Assembly: GCA_963662405.2 (NCBI GenBank)
Contig: CAXXKT010000003.1
Span: 288,001-352,000, forward strand
Source of the DNA: Syntrophales bacterium
Lineage (GTDB): Bacteria; Desulfobacterota; Syntrophia; Syntrophales; UBA2210
DNA: 64,000 nt
Direction of reading: 5' to 3'
This document shows positions 11,502-23,441 of this stretch, in pieces (position 1 is the first letter of the stretch; every line of letters begins with the position of its first letter). The notes under the pieces are model-generated. The model made no database searches, was not told the origin of the DNA, and was given only the letters and a program-made list of their open reading frames with translations. Both the position numbers and the translations under genes were made by a program.

Positions 11502-12029
11502 ATGTTCAGAGTACCCCGCCATATCGCCGTCGATATCGAAACAACCGGTCTCTCCCCGCGCCGGGGCCACCGGATCATCGAGATCGGGGCGGTTGCCATA
11601 GAGGACGGATGCCCTGCGGAATCATTCTGCAGTCTTATCAGGATCGACCGGGAGATCCCCCGCGAGGTCCAGCGGATCCATGGGATCACCGACGAGATGC
11701 TTGTAGGCCAGCCGAGGGCCGATGAGGTCCTGCCGCAACTGCTCGATTTCCTAGGGGACGGCGTTATCGTTGCCCACAACGCCCGCTTCGATATGGGATT
11801 CCTCCGGCACGAATTCGAGCGTCTGTCCCTCCCCCTGCGAAACAGGTCCGCCTGTACCCTCCAGATGAGCAGGCGGCTCTATCCCCACCTCCCCAACCAC
11901 CGGCTCGATACCGTCTACCGCCACCTCTTTGGAGAAATCAGGGAAGATATCCAAAGGCACCGCGCCCTCGACGACGCCCGGATGGCGGCACGGATCTGGA
12001 TTGCGATGCGGCAACACAGCAGTCGATGA
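11502..12029 (+). CDS. DEDDh 3'-5' exonuclease (DnaQ/epsilon-like)
   Basis: VDIETTG, AHNARFD and HRALDDA motifs; alternative start 11484. Confidence 0.92.
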   Translation: MFRVPRHIAVDIETTGLSPRRGHRIIEIGAVAIEDGCPAESFCSLIRIDREIPREVQRIHGITDEMLVGQPRADEVLPQLLDFLGDGVIVAHNARFDMGFLRHEFERLSLPLRNRSACTLQMSRRLYPHLPNHRLDTVYRHLFGEIREDIQRHRALDDARMAARIWIAMRQHSSR

Positions 12030-12523
12030 ATCCATCCAACGGTCAAGCCCCTGGCTCAGGTGACAAGCGTTCGTCTCCGAACACGCCGGTGTGCCGTTGC
12101 AGGAAGAAAAAAACCACAATGGAGAAATCAATCATTGTCTTTTTGATACGTCTATGTTACGGAAAATGCCAGATTTCAAGGGGATGCACAGGTGCAATCT
12201 GCACGGCATGAAGGGCCGTTTCTGAGTCGCCGAGAGCGTCAACCCGAGATTCTTATCGCCTTGCTCAAATGCGCTTCATTTGAGCATCGCAGCCGCACCC
12301 TCCCCATCAACATCGTCGCCTGACGCGGCAACAGCCATATCCACGATTCAAGACAGTTTGTTGTAAGTAATTAACAATCAAAACAATAAGAGCTGAGAAG
12401 TGCAGAGTGAGAAATATTTTTCTCCGCATGTTTTTTGATGCCGGGCCGGGGAAAAAATGCTTTTCCTGTTCGATCGATCGTTAATTTACCACATCACACT
12501 GCAAAAGGATTTATCTGAAGACA

Positions 12524-14707
12524 ATGACCAAGAAATATTACGCACACAGCCTGGATGGAAGGCCCCTCGACGAATGGCAAACCCTTGAGGATCACCTAAG
12601 AAATGTTGCAGAGATGGCAGCGGATTTTGCCAGCTATTTTGGTTCACAAGCGTGGGGTGACATATTAGGGGCAAACCATGACCTTGGTAAAGGGATTCTT
12701 CCGTGGCAGGCATATTTAAGACAAGCAAATGGCATTATTGATGAGTTCTCTTCGTTTTATGAAGGTCATCCAACTCATGCTTTTAGTGGTGCCCAGTGGC
12801 TCGCTCGGAATTCAAAAGAATCTGGGAAATTGATGGCCTACTGTATCGCCGGACACCATGGAGGATTGCCGAACTGGAGCGACGTATCTGATGCAGCATT
12901 GGAAACAAGACTTGAGAAAGACTATCCTAAAGTCGAGATACCTTGCCCTGTTCCTGATTATCCTCGAGAACTACCTTTTTCATTTGATCCTGAACGGTTT
13001 GGGTTCCAATTGCAATTTTTTATCCGAATGCTATTTTCTTGCCTAGTAGATGCAGATTTCCTTGATACAGAAAACTCTCTGGATAGAACAAGAGCGGAAT
13101 GGCGTTCTTGCTATCCAAGGATTGATGAGCTCCATGAGAAATTCTGGATAAACTTTACAGCACTTCGTGGCGGATCTGACCAAACGACAAAAGTCAATCA
13201 ACAACGTGAGCATGTTCTCGAAGCGTGTTTACAGGCAGCTGAATCAGATCCAGGGGTGTTTTCGTTAACCGTTCCAACCGGTGGGGGTAAGACTTTGGCA
13301 TCGTTGGCCTTTGCGCTCAACCATGCGAAAAAGCATGAAATGAAGAGAAGAGTTATCTATGTCATTCCTTTTACCAGTATTATCGAGCAAAGTGCCAAAG
13401 TCTTTCGAGATATGCTTGGGGACGACGCTGTTTTGGAACATCACTGTAATTTTCTTCCTCATGACGCGGATTGGAAAACCAAGCTGGCTTCGGAAAATTG
13501 GGATGCCCCGGTCGTTGTTACAACAAATGTTCAGTTTTTCAATTCATTCCACTCGAACAGGCCAGCGAAGTGCCGTAAGCTTCACAATGTAACTAACAGT
13601 ATAATTATCTTCGATGAAGTTCAGGCTATTCCTGTTGAAAAACTGCAACCCTGCCTTGAGGTTATCAAAGAACTGTCGCTGAATTATGGTGTCACATCGG
13701 TCTTGTGTACGGCAACACAACCTGCAATTAAGTTTTCGGAAAATTTCAAATCAGGACTTAAAGATGTCCGAGAGATAATTCATGATGTTCCTGCGCTCTT
13801 TTCAGCATTGAAACGAACTGAAGAAAAATTTGTCGGAACGCTCAGCGTGCAGGAGGTCGCAGACAGACTTTTGGCACATGAACAAGTGTTATGTATTGTA
13901 AATACCCGTCAGCAAGCCATTGACATATTTAATGCTTTACCTGAGTCTGACTCGAACATTCATCTAAGTGCTTTGATGCACCCGGCGCACCGGACTGAAA
14001 AACTAGCTGAAATAAGAGCCAGATTGTCATGCCCGCAAAAGATGTCATGTCGAGTTGTCAGTACACAATTGATAGAAGCCGGAGTAGATGTCGATTTTCC
14101 CTGTGTCTTTCGTGCGGTAGCTGGAATTGACAGTATTGCTCAGGCTGCAGGTCGATGTAATCGCAATGGATTGAGCAAAACCCCGTGCGAGGTGTATGTC
14201 TTTAAACTTCCGGAGGAGTCTGCATGTTCCTTTTTTCGTCATGCTGCCGAGTCGGCTGCTAAGCTATTTGAGCCATTTACGGGAAGACTTACATCGCCTG
14301 AGTGCGTCCGGGAATATTTTAGTGATTTCTTCTGGAAGAATGAAGGTCGAATGGATGCGGATGGCATTATCGAAAATATGTGTCGCTCAGCTCAGTCGGG
14401 TGAGATTCAGTTCAAAGATATCGCACGCTTTCAGATGATTGTATCTGCAACGATTCCCATCATAGTGGCCTTACAAGAAGATGCCCTTGAATTGGTAAGA
14501 GCATTGGAATTTACGGAACACAAAGGGGGCATTTTAAGAAAACTACAAAAGTTTACGGTTCAGATATACCCCTATCAGTTTGAAGAGATAAAGGACTGGC
14601 TGGAGGACCCTGTGCCGGGAATTTGGGTGTTACGCTCGGAAGAACTTTATTCAAAGGCAACGGGTCTTAAATGTAAGCCGCCGGAAGGATATGCGTTTTT
14701 TGGATAA
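12524..14707 (+). CDS. cas3: CRISPR-associated nuclease/helicase Cas3
   Basis: YAHS, HDLGK HD domain, VPTGGGKT, DEVQ, QAAGRCNR. Confidence 0.96.
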   Translation: MTKKYYAHSLDGRPLDEWQTLEDHLRNVAEMAADFASYFGSQAWGDILGANHDLGKGILPWQAYLRQANGIIDEFSSFYEGHPTHAFSGAQWLARNSKESGKLMAYCIAGHHGGLPNWSDVSDAALETRLEKDYPKVEIPCPVPDYPRELPFSFDPERFGFQLQFFIRMLFSCLVDADFLDTENSLDRTRAEWRSCYPRIDELHEKFWINFTALRGGSDQTTKVNQQREHVLEACLQAAESDPGVFSLTVPTGGGKTLASLAFALNHAKKHEMKRRVIYVIPFTSIIEQSAKVFRDMLGDDAVLEHHCNFLPHDADWKTKLASENWDAPVVVTTNVQFFNSFHSNRPAKCRKLHNVTNSIIIFDEVQAIPVEKLQPCLEVIKELSLNYGVTSVLCTATQPAIKFSENFKSGLKDVREIIHDVPALFSALKRTEEKFVGTLSVQEVADRLLAHEQVLCIVNTRQQAIDIFNALPESDSNIHLSALMHPAHRTEKLAEIRARLSCPQKMSCRVVSTQLIEAGVDVDFPCVFRAVAGIDSIAQAAGRCNRNGLSKTPCEVYVFKLPEESACSFFRHAAESAAKLFEPFTGRLTSPECVREYFSDFFWKNEGRMDADGIIENMCRSAQSGEIQFKDIARFQMIVSATIPIIVALQEDALELVRALEFTEHKGGILRKLQKFTVQIYPYQFEEIKDWLEDPVPGIWVLRSEELYSKATGLKCKPPEGYAFFG

Positions 14708-17084
<2,377 letters not shown>

Positions 17085-17085
<1 letters not shown>

Positions 17086-17951
17086 TGAACGAGCCTATCA
17101 AAAACCGCTATGAGTTTGTTCTGCTCTTTGATGTGAAAAATGGAAACCCCAATGGTGATCCGGACGGTGGAAATATGCCCCGTATTGACCCGGAAACCGG
17201 GCATGGGATTACGACCGATGTCTGTTTAAAACGCAAGGTTCGAAACTATGTTGACTTGGTCCGGAACGGTGAAAAAGAATACAATATTTATATCAAGGAA
17301 AAAGCTGTTCTAACTGAAGCCAGAAAACCTGCCTACGAAGCGGTGGCAGATGAAAAAGAAAAATCGGCTAAAATCAGTAAGGCACGTGTGTGGATGTGTG
17401 AAAATTTCTTTGATGTTCGAACATTTGGAGCGGTTATGTCTACCAAAGAAAACAACTGTGGCCAGGTTCGGGGACCTGTGCAGTTCTCTTTTGCGCAGAG
17501 TATTGACCCTATTGTTCCTTTGGAGGCGAGTATTACCCGTATGGCAGTAGAAACTAGGAAAGAGGCCGACTCTCAGGATGGCGATAATAGAACAATGGGG
17601 CGTAAAGCATATATCCCTTATGGCCTGTATCGTGTTCACGGTTTCATTTCCGCTCCGTTGGCACGGCAGACTGGATTTTCCGAAGATGACCTTGAGGTTT
17701 TTTGGGATGCTCTCCGTAACATGTTTGACCATGATCGTTCTGCGGCTCGGGGGGAGATGGCTGCTCAGAAGCTTATTGTATTCAAACACGAAAGAGATCT
17801 TGGAAACGCTCCGGCCCACAAATTGTTTGATCTCGTTTCAATCAGACGTTCAACCGATGCCGATATCCCGGCCCGTGGATTTTCTGACTACGTTGTCGAG
17901 ATCGACAGAAACAGTGTTCCTCACGGTGTAACTATCGAAGAAAAGATTTAG
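17085..17951 (+). CDS. cas7c: Type I-C Cas7c/Csd2
   Basis: NPNGDPD, FFDVRTFGAVM, RTMGRK, HDRSAARG. Confidence 0.96.
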
Positions 17952-18010
17952 AGGAGCCCATAATAGTAGAACAAGGAATAACTTCCGTTTGAGGTTTTGG
18001 CGGTTCTCTC

Positions 18011-18661
18011 ATGAAGCGCTCCGGTCGATATGACATCTCAGGTCTTGCCGAAGCCCAGTTTGAGCCGGGTTCGCGAGGCCGTGTTCTGCGAAACCTTATC
18101 GGAGTAAAGAGCATCAGGGAAATGGATCGCATAGAAGGAGAGGCGCTTGTACGGACCTTTGGTGATCTTGTAACTATCTACGATGAGTCATACAGCTTCA
18201 GCGCCTCCGATCTATGTAAGATGCACAGGAGATGGCTCTCCGGAATCTACGAGTGGGCCGGTCAATACCGGCAGGTAAATCTCTCAAAGGGGGATTTTAC
18301 CTTCGCAGGCGCTCATTTGATCCCCGGACTGATGGCCGATTTTGAAAGCCGTTATCTTGCAGTTTATACGCCCTGTCGGTTTTCGAAAAGAAAAGACCTG
18401 GCGCAGGCCCTTGCCGTAGTACATGTGGAATTGCTTCTGGTTCACCCTTTCAGGGAAGGCAACGGTCGAATTGCACGCACTCTGGCATCACTCATGGCGC
18501 TTCAGGCAAAATTGCCTCCGCTGGATTTTGGTACACTGAGAGGCAAAAATAAACAGAGGTATTTTGAAGCCGTTCAACTTGGACTGGATAGGGATTATGT
18601 ACCGATGGAGAAGATTTTTGACGAGATAATAGATAATACTCTGCAGTTACCGGGCGGCTGA
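18011..18661 (+). CDS. Fic-domain protein (putative AMPylating toxin)
   Basis: Complete canonical motif HPFREGNGRIAR; YEWAGQYR flap region. Confidence 0.93.
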   Translation: MKRSGRYDISGLAEAQFEPGSRGRVLRNLIGVKSIREMDRIEGEALVRTFGDLVTIYDESYSFSASDLCKMHRRWLSGIYEWAGQYRQVNLSKGDFTFAGAHLIPGLMADFESRYLAVYTPCRFSKRKDLAQALAVVHVELLLVHPFREGNGRIARTLASLMALQAKLPPLDFGTLRGKNKQRYFEAVQLGLDRDYVPMEKIFDEIIDNTLQLPGG

Positions 18662-18823
18662 TTTTTTCCTTGTCTCTTTGTTCGTCTGGAGCAGATCACT
18701 AAAGGCAGAGAGGGGCACACCTTCGATTGCTGACGAAGACGCCACGTTCATGACGATTGCGGCTTTTCGCTCAGCGGGGTTTTTAAGATAGGGATTTGTC
18801 TGCGTGAGGTTTTTCTTTTTCAT
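18647..18823 (-). CDS. Putative Fic antitoxin (58 aa), convergent with fic
   Basis: MKKKNL...VASSSAIEGV contains (S/T)xxxE(G/N); well-formed promoter directly upstream; 15-nt 3' overlap with fic. Confidence 0.72.
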   Translation of the reverse strand: MKKKNLTQTNPYLKNPAERKAAIVMNVASSSAIEGVPLSAFSDLLQTNKETRKKSAAR

Positions 18824-18829
18824 GATGCT

Positions 18830-18858
18830 ACTGTACCAGAACACGGCTGTTTTATCAA
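18830..18858 (-). promoter_or_regulatory. Sigma70-type promoter for a leaderless antitoxin mRNA
   Basis: Minus strand TTGATA-N17-TACAGT with TGn extension; the A of ATG is the 7th base after the -10 hexamer. Confidence 0.65.
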
Positions 18859-18910
18859 AGGGAAATAATTGGATTAACATTTTGAAATAACTATCTAAAA
18901 TGGTAAGAAT

Positions 18911-19543
18911 ATGTATACTGAAGACGATCTTCTCCCCCTGTCCGCCCTGCAGCACCTTATCTTCTGCGAGCGGCAGTGCGCCCTGATTCACATCGAGCAG
19001 GCGTGGGCCGAGAATCTCTTCACCGCCGAAGGGAGGGTCATGCACGAGCGTGTCCACGAAGAGGGGAGGGAATCGAGAGGCGATATCCGCGTTGAACATG
19101 GGCTCTCTCTCCGATCACTGCGGCTGGGGCTGATCGGGAAAGCGGACGTCGTAGAATTCCACCGATGGAAAGGTGGCTCCTGGTTGCCGTTTCCCGTGGA
19201 ATACAAACGAGGCAAGCCGAAGAAGGACAACGGCGACCGGGTGCAGCTCTGTGCACAGGCGCTCTGTCTTGAAGAGATGCTGAACATCGCGGTGCCCGAG
19301 GGTGCTCTTTTTTATGGGAAAAACCGACGCCGTGCGGAGGTTGTTTTTGACATCCCATTGCGGAAAGAAACGGAAGATGCCGCGATACGGCTGCACGAAC
19401 TGATTGCATCCGGGCGGACGCCGAAACCGGTCTATACGAAGAGGTGTGATGCCTGCTCGCTGGCGGCTCTATGCCTGCCGAAGACGGTGGGAAAGAGAAG
19501 GACCGTGCAGCGTTATTTGTCGGGGGTGATGCGAGAGCTATGA
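18911..19543 (+). CDS. cas4: CRISPR-associated exonuclease Cas4
   Basis: FCERQCAL, ADVVEF, VEYKRG, QLCAQ and CDACSL...C Fe-S cysteines. Confidence 0.96.
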   Translation: MYTEDDLLPLSALQHLIFCERQCALIHIEQAWAENLFTAEGRVMHERVHEEGRESRGDIRVEHGLSLRSLRLGLIGKADVVEFHRWKGGSWLPFPVEYKRGKPKKDNGDRVQLCAQALCLEEMLNIAVPEGALFYGKNRRRAEVVFDIPLRKETEDAAIRLHELIASGRTPKPVYTKRCDACSLAALCLPKTVGKRRTVQRYLSGVMREL

Positions 19544-20571
19544 AGCGACACCTCAATACCCTTTTTGTCACGACGCAGGGGGCCTATCTCGCCAAGGAGG
19601 GGGAGACGGCCGTGGTGAAGGTGGAAAAAGAGATTCGCCTTCGCGTTCCGATCCACACGATCGGTGGAATTGTCTGTTTCGGTCAGGTATCCATCAGCCC
19701 GTTCCTCATGGGTTTCTGCGCGGAGCGTGATGTTGCGATCAGTTTCCTGTCGGAGCATGGACGATTCCTGGCGCGGGTACAGGGGCCGGTTTCGGGAAAT
19801 GTCCTGCTCCGCAGAGAGCAGTATCGACGTGCCGATGATCCTGCTTCATCCGCTGAAATAGCGAAGGCCGTCGTGACCGGCAAGATCGCCAACTGCCGAA
19901 CGGTTCTCCAGCGGGCGTTGCGGGACCACGGCGACAAGCCGGGAACGGATGAGATCGAACAGGCCTCGCGGAGGCTTGCCGCGTCCTTGAAATCCCTTGC
20001 CCGTGAGGGATCTTTGGACGCGGTGCGCGGGATCGAAGGGGATGCGGCGAACAGGTACTTCGGTGTCTTCGATCATCTCATCACCTCACAGAAAAAGGAT
20101 TTCTCTTTTCATGAGAGAAGCCGCCGTCCGCCCCTGGACAAGGTGAACTGCCTCCTGTCCTTTTTGTACACCCTCGTCATGCATGATGTCCGCTCCGCCC
20201 TCGAATCGGTAGGCCTGGACCCGGCGGTCGGATTCCTGCACCGGGACCGCCCGGGGAGACCGAGTCTCGCTCTTGACATGATGGAGGAGTTCAGACCGTT
20301 CATGGCCGATCGGATGGCACTCTCTTTGATCAATCTGTCACAGGTCCGAAAGAAGGGGTTTGATACAACCGAATCGGGCGCTGTCCTCATGGACGACGAG
20401 ACACGGAAGTCCCTCCTGATTGCCTATCAGAAACGGAAGCAGGACGAGATCGTACACCCCTTTCTCAATGAAAAGGTGACAGTCGGGCTCCTCTTTCACA
20501 CGCAGGTCCTGCTGCTGGCCCGGTATCTGAGGGGCGATCTGGACGGATATCCGCCCTTTATCTGGAAATAG
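19540..20571 (+). CDS. cas1: Type I-C Cas1
   Basis: LNTLFVTTQGAYL, GNVLLRREQY, RGIEG, GFLHRDRPGR, DMMEE; ATGA overlap with cas4. Confidence 0.97.
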   Translation: MKRHLNTLFVTTQGAYLAKEGETAVVKVEKEIRLRVPIHTIGGIVCFGQVSISPFLMGFCAERDVAISFLSEHGRFLARVQGPVSGNVLLRREQYRRADDPASSAEIAKAVVTGKIANCRTVLQRALRDHGDKPGTDEIEQASRRLAASLKSLAREGSLDAVRGIEGDAANRYFGVFDHLITSQKKDFSFHERSRRPPLDKVNCLLSFLYTLVMHDVRSALESVGLDPAVGFLHRDRPGRPSLALDMMEEFRPFMADRMALSLINLSQVRKKGFDTTESGAVLMDDETRKSLLIAYQKRKQDEIVHPFLNEKVTVGLLFHTQVLLLARYLRGDLDGYPPFIWK

Positions 20572-20582
20572 GAGCGAAGGGT

Positions 20583-20873
20583 ATGTTTGTGCTTGTCAGT
20601 TATGATGTGGCGACAGTCGAAAAAGGGGGGCAGCGTCGCCTGCGCCGGGTGGCGAAGGCGTGTCAGGATTATGGCCAGCGTGTCCAGTACTCCGTTTTTG
20701 AGTGTATCGTCGATCCGGCGCAATGGACGATGCTCCGGCAGCGGCTGATCAGCGAGATCAATCTCGAATCGGACAGTCTGCGGTTCTATTACCTGGGGTC
20801 GAATTGGAAGCGCCGTGTCGAGCATGTGGGCGCCAAAGAAGGCCTTGATCAGGAAGGGCCGCTCATTGCCTGA
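20583..20873 (+). CDS. cas2: Cas2
   Basis: VLVSYDV, GQRVQYSVFEC, DSLRFY. Confidence 0.97.
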   Translation: MFVLVSYDVATVEKGGQRRLRRVAKACQDYGQRVQYSVFECIVDPAQWTMLRQRLISEINLESDSLRFYYLGSNWKRRVEHVGAKEGLDQEGPLIA

Positions 20874-21057
20874 TAGGTGTCCGCGAACCCGAAGCTTGCA
20901 GCAAATCCCTGGGGGATTCGCGGAGCGTATAATGCATTGGAAATAAAGATAAATTTTGAAACGTTCATTGACAATTGAATACGGGATACGTTGAAAAGAT
21001 ACGGTTCGCAGAAAATGGGTATTAACCGTTGTAAGATTGATAAGTTATAATGTTATA
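20874..21057 (+). promoter_or_regulatory. CRISPR leader
   Basis: Non-coding, AT-rich towards the array; CCGCGAA/TTCGCGG inverted repeat (20881-20923) and GGTTCGC at 21003. Confidence 0.8.
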
Positions 21058-21817
21058 GTCGCCCCCCTCGCGGGGGCGTGGATTGAAACATGTCTTCAAG
21101 GGCTTGCCGTAACCCATCCAACCGTCGCCCCCCTCGCGGGGGCGTGGATTGAAACATGATGTTCATGTCAGATTTGCCTTTGACCATAGTCGCCCCCCTC
21201 GCGGGGGCGTGGATTGAAACCTCGACCGATGGCGAAAGGATGGGGACCGACCGATGGTCGCCCCCCTCGCGGGGGCGTGGATTGAAACGACAACTGCGAC
21301 TACTGGCCCGTCCCGAAGGGCAAGTCGCCCCCCTCGCGGGGGCGTGGATTGAAACATGACGGGGTTTCTTACGAACTGCGCGAGACCGAAGTCGCCCCCC
21401 TCGCGGGGGCGTGGATTGAAACACGCCATCGAAGTCGCTTGCGACCTCGAATTCTGTCGCCCCCCTCGCGGGGGCGTGGATTGAAACTCAACCCCTCGTA
21501 CTTGCATTTCGGACACCCAACGTCGCCCCCCTCGCGGGGGCGTGGATTGAAACATCAGTCACCAGTCCCCGTGCCGTTCCGTTGCTGTCGCCCCCCTCGC
21601 GGGGGCGTGGATTGAAACGTACATCAAGCCCTGTGTATGATGGTGGCTTGAGTCGCCCCCCTCGCGGGGGCGTGGATTGAAACCGGGATATCCTGGTCGA
21701 CGGAATGAAGGGCGACTGGGTCGCCCCCCTCGCGGGGGCGTGGATTGAAACCTAAATCAAGGCTTTTTTATGCTCGATAAATCGGGTCGCCCCCCTTGCG
21801 GGGGTGTGGATTGAAAG
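21058..21817 (+). CRISPR. Type I-C CRISPR array: 12 repeats of GTCGCCCCCCTCGCGGGGGCGTGGATTGAAAC, 11 spacers of 33-36 nt
   Basis: Repeats start at 21058, 21124, 21189, 21257, 21324, 21391, 21456, 21522, 21587, 21652, 21720, 21786 (last has 3 substitutions); possible degenerate 13th repeat at 21851. Confidence 0.99.
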
Positions 21818-22032
21818 CAATCTGATTCATTTGCTGGGCGATAAGGATTGGTTACTTCCCGTACGGAGGTGAACGGTACGGTTGACAAGTAGTGCGAATG
21901 GTTTTTCAGGGATGACGAATTTTGGACGAGGGATCGCGTCTACTTGAATGAAGACAAGCGACCTGTGGAAATGACCGATGCGGTGGATGTACCCAAAGAA
22001 TCATTGACAAATGAAGCAGTGTCACCCTATGT

Positions 22033-22419
22033 ATGGAGAAGTTGCTTATCCGGAAAGGGCCTATGGCTACCATGCAGGGGAATGACGCGACGTTATTGTA
22101 TGTGATAGTCGGAACGGTTATTTTTGTTCCCCCGGCGGTGATTGCCTTTCGAAACACGCGGTTTTGCCCGGTGCTGAGGATACTCTTTTCAGTCACGGTG
22201 GTCCCGCTGTTTGCGGCGCTCATGGCGGCGAATTATTTCTTTGTTGCCGATTACCTCCCCGCTCTTATTGATCGGTTTCACTCTCTCACCGAAGGGAACG
22301 AATCGACTACCTCTGAAGTGATCTTTGCCTTTGCGCTGACGTGTCCCCTTGCCGTGGCAGGGTGCTTTTTGTGGTATTATCTTTTCAAGTATGTCGACAG
22401 GTATTGCGCCGGGGACTGA
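22033..22419 (+). CDS. Hypothetical membrane protein
   Basis: Three hydrophobic segments; start uncertain. Confidence 0.55.
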   Translation: MEKLLIRKGPMATMQGNDATLLYVIVGTVIFVPPAVIAFRNTRFCPVLRILFSVTVVPLFAALMAANYFFVADYLPALIDRFHSLTEGNESTTSEVIFAFALTCPLAVAGCFLWYYLFKYVDRYCAGD

Positions 22420-22522
22420 GGAAAGATGGGGTGCCGGGATACCCTGTTTGTGCCGCCTGTTGACCGGTGGTGTTCGATATATGCTTTGAGTTGTCCCGTA
22501 ACCACCAGAAAGGAAAACGATT

Positions 22523-23353
22523 ATGACCGAACTTTCCGAATACCGAGCCGCCGGGCGACGGCTGATCGATGCGCTCCGGCTCTACACCGATCCGGTGGCC
22601 GTCAAGTACATCAAGGATGCAAATGAGATCCCCCCTCAGGCGGTCCGTCCCTCGGCGCGCGGCCAGAAGTGGTCCCTTTGTCAGGCCTTTACGTATAGCC
22701 GGAGGTGGCGGATGCATGTGGCGATGACCGCGGAGGATAATTTCTGTGTCCCCGCGACGGTCGCCCATCGATGGGAGTATGTCCCCGAGGAAGAACTGAT
22801 CGAAAGCCAGGTGCGCCAGGGGTGGCACAGCGACAGGGAGGCGGAGGAAAAACGCTTCCGGTTCTTCCGCGAGTTTGTGGGAGAAAAACAGTATGAGAGA
22901 ATGGCCGCGTTCAAGGGGTTCGTCTGCTCGCCTCTCCCGGAGACAATCGTTCCCCCTGATTCGGTCTTGCTGTACGGCGACGGTGTTCAGATCACCCATA
23001 TCATCCAGGCGCTCAGCTACGATTTCAAGCATCCGGTCACCTCTTCATTCGAGGGTTTCGGAGAGTCATGCCAGAAGGGTACCCTGGTCCCGTTTCTGAC
23101 GGGGAAGCCGCAGGTCGTCATCCCGGGGATGGGGGATCGGGCCTTTTCGGGGACCACCGAGAGTGAGATCGCCATCGGCATCCCCGGTACGCTCCTCCCA
23201 TACGTGGTGGAGAATCTCTTCAAGTCCGGCGGAAAGCTCAATATGGGTCAGCCGGTCCGGACGATCCTTCCCAACAATATCACGGAACGAATCACCCCGG
23301 GATTTGCCTTCATGCACGACAAGGTTCAGGAATATAAGAATACAAAGGGATGA
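22523..23353 (+). CDS. DUF169-family protein
   Basis: LRLYTDPVAVKY, SLCQAF, PGMGDRAFSG...EIAIGIP; AAGGA RBS. Confidence 0.75.
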   Translation: MTELSEYRAAGRRLIDALRLYTDPVAVKYIKDANEIPPQAVRPSARGQKWSLCQAFTYSRRWRMHVAMTAEDNFCVPATVAHRWEYVPEEELIESQVRQGWHSDREAEEKRFRFFREFVGEKQYERMAAFKGFVCSPLPETIVPPDSVLLYGDGVQITHIIQALSYDFKHPVTSSFEGFGESCQKGTLVPFLTGKPQVVIPGMGDRAFSGTTESEIAIGIPGTLLPYVVENLFKSGGKLNMGQPVRTILPNNITERITPGFAFMHDKVQEYKNTKG

Positions 23354-23441
23354 CAGGGACTATAAGAGGATTGGTCCTCCCCGAGCGGCAACGTACCGTT
23401 GGTAAATGGTTCCACTCTTCAGTGGAAAATCGAATACCACA

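Noticed and set aside
12250..12282. Partial similarity of putative spacer 12 to the cas3 upstream region (GGCGATAAG plus CATTTG)
   Set aside because: Match is PAM-distal, needs a gap and has no TTC PAM; compatible with chance
18824..19099. N-terminal 92 codons of the 150-aa minus-strand ORF
   Set aside because: Overlaps cas4 antisense and the promoter; only 18647-18823 looks real
21053..21615. ORFs overlapping the CRISPR array
   Set aside because: Repetitive translations produced by the repeats
22606..22615. 10-nt match to the start of spacer 9 (GTACATCAAG)
   Set aside because: Too short and no TTC PAM; I found no convincing self-target in the window by eye
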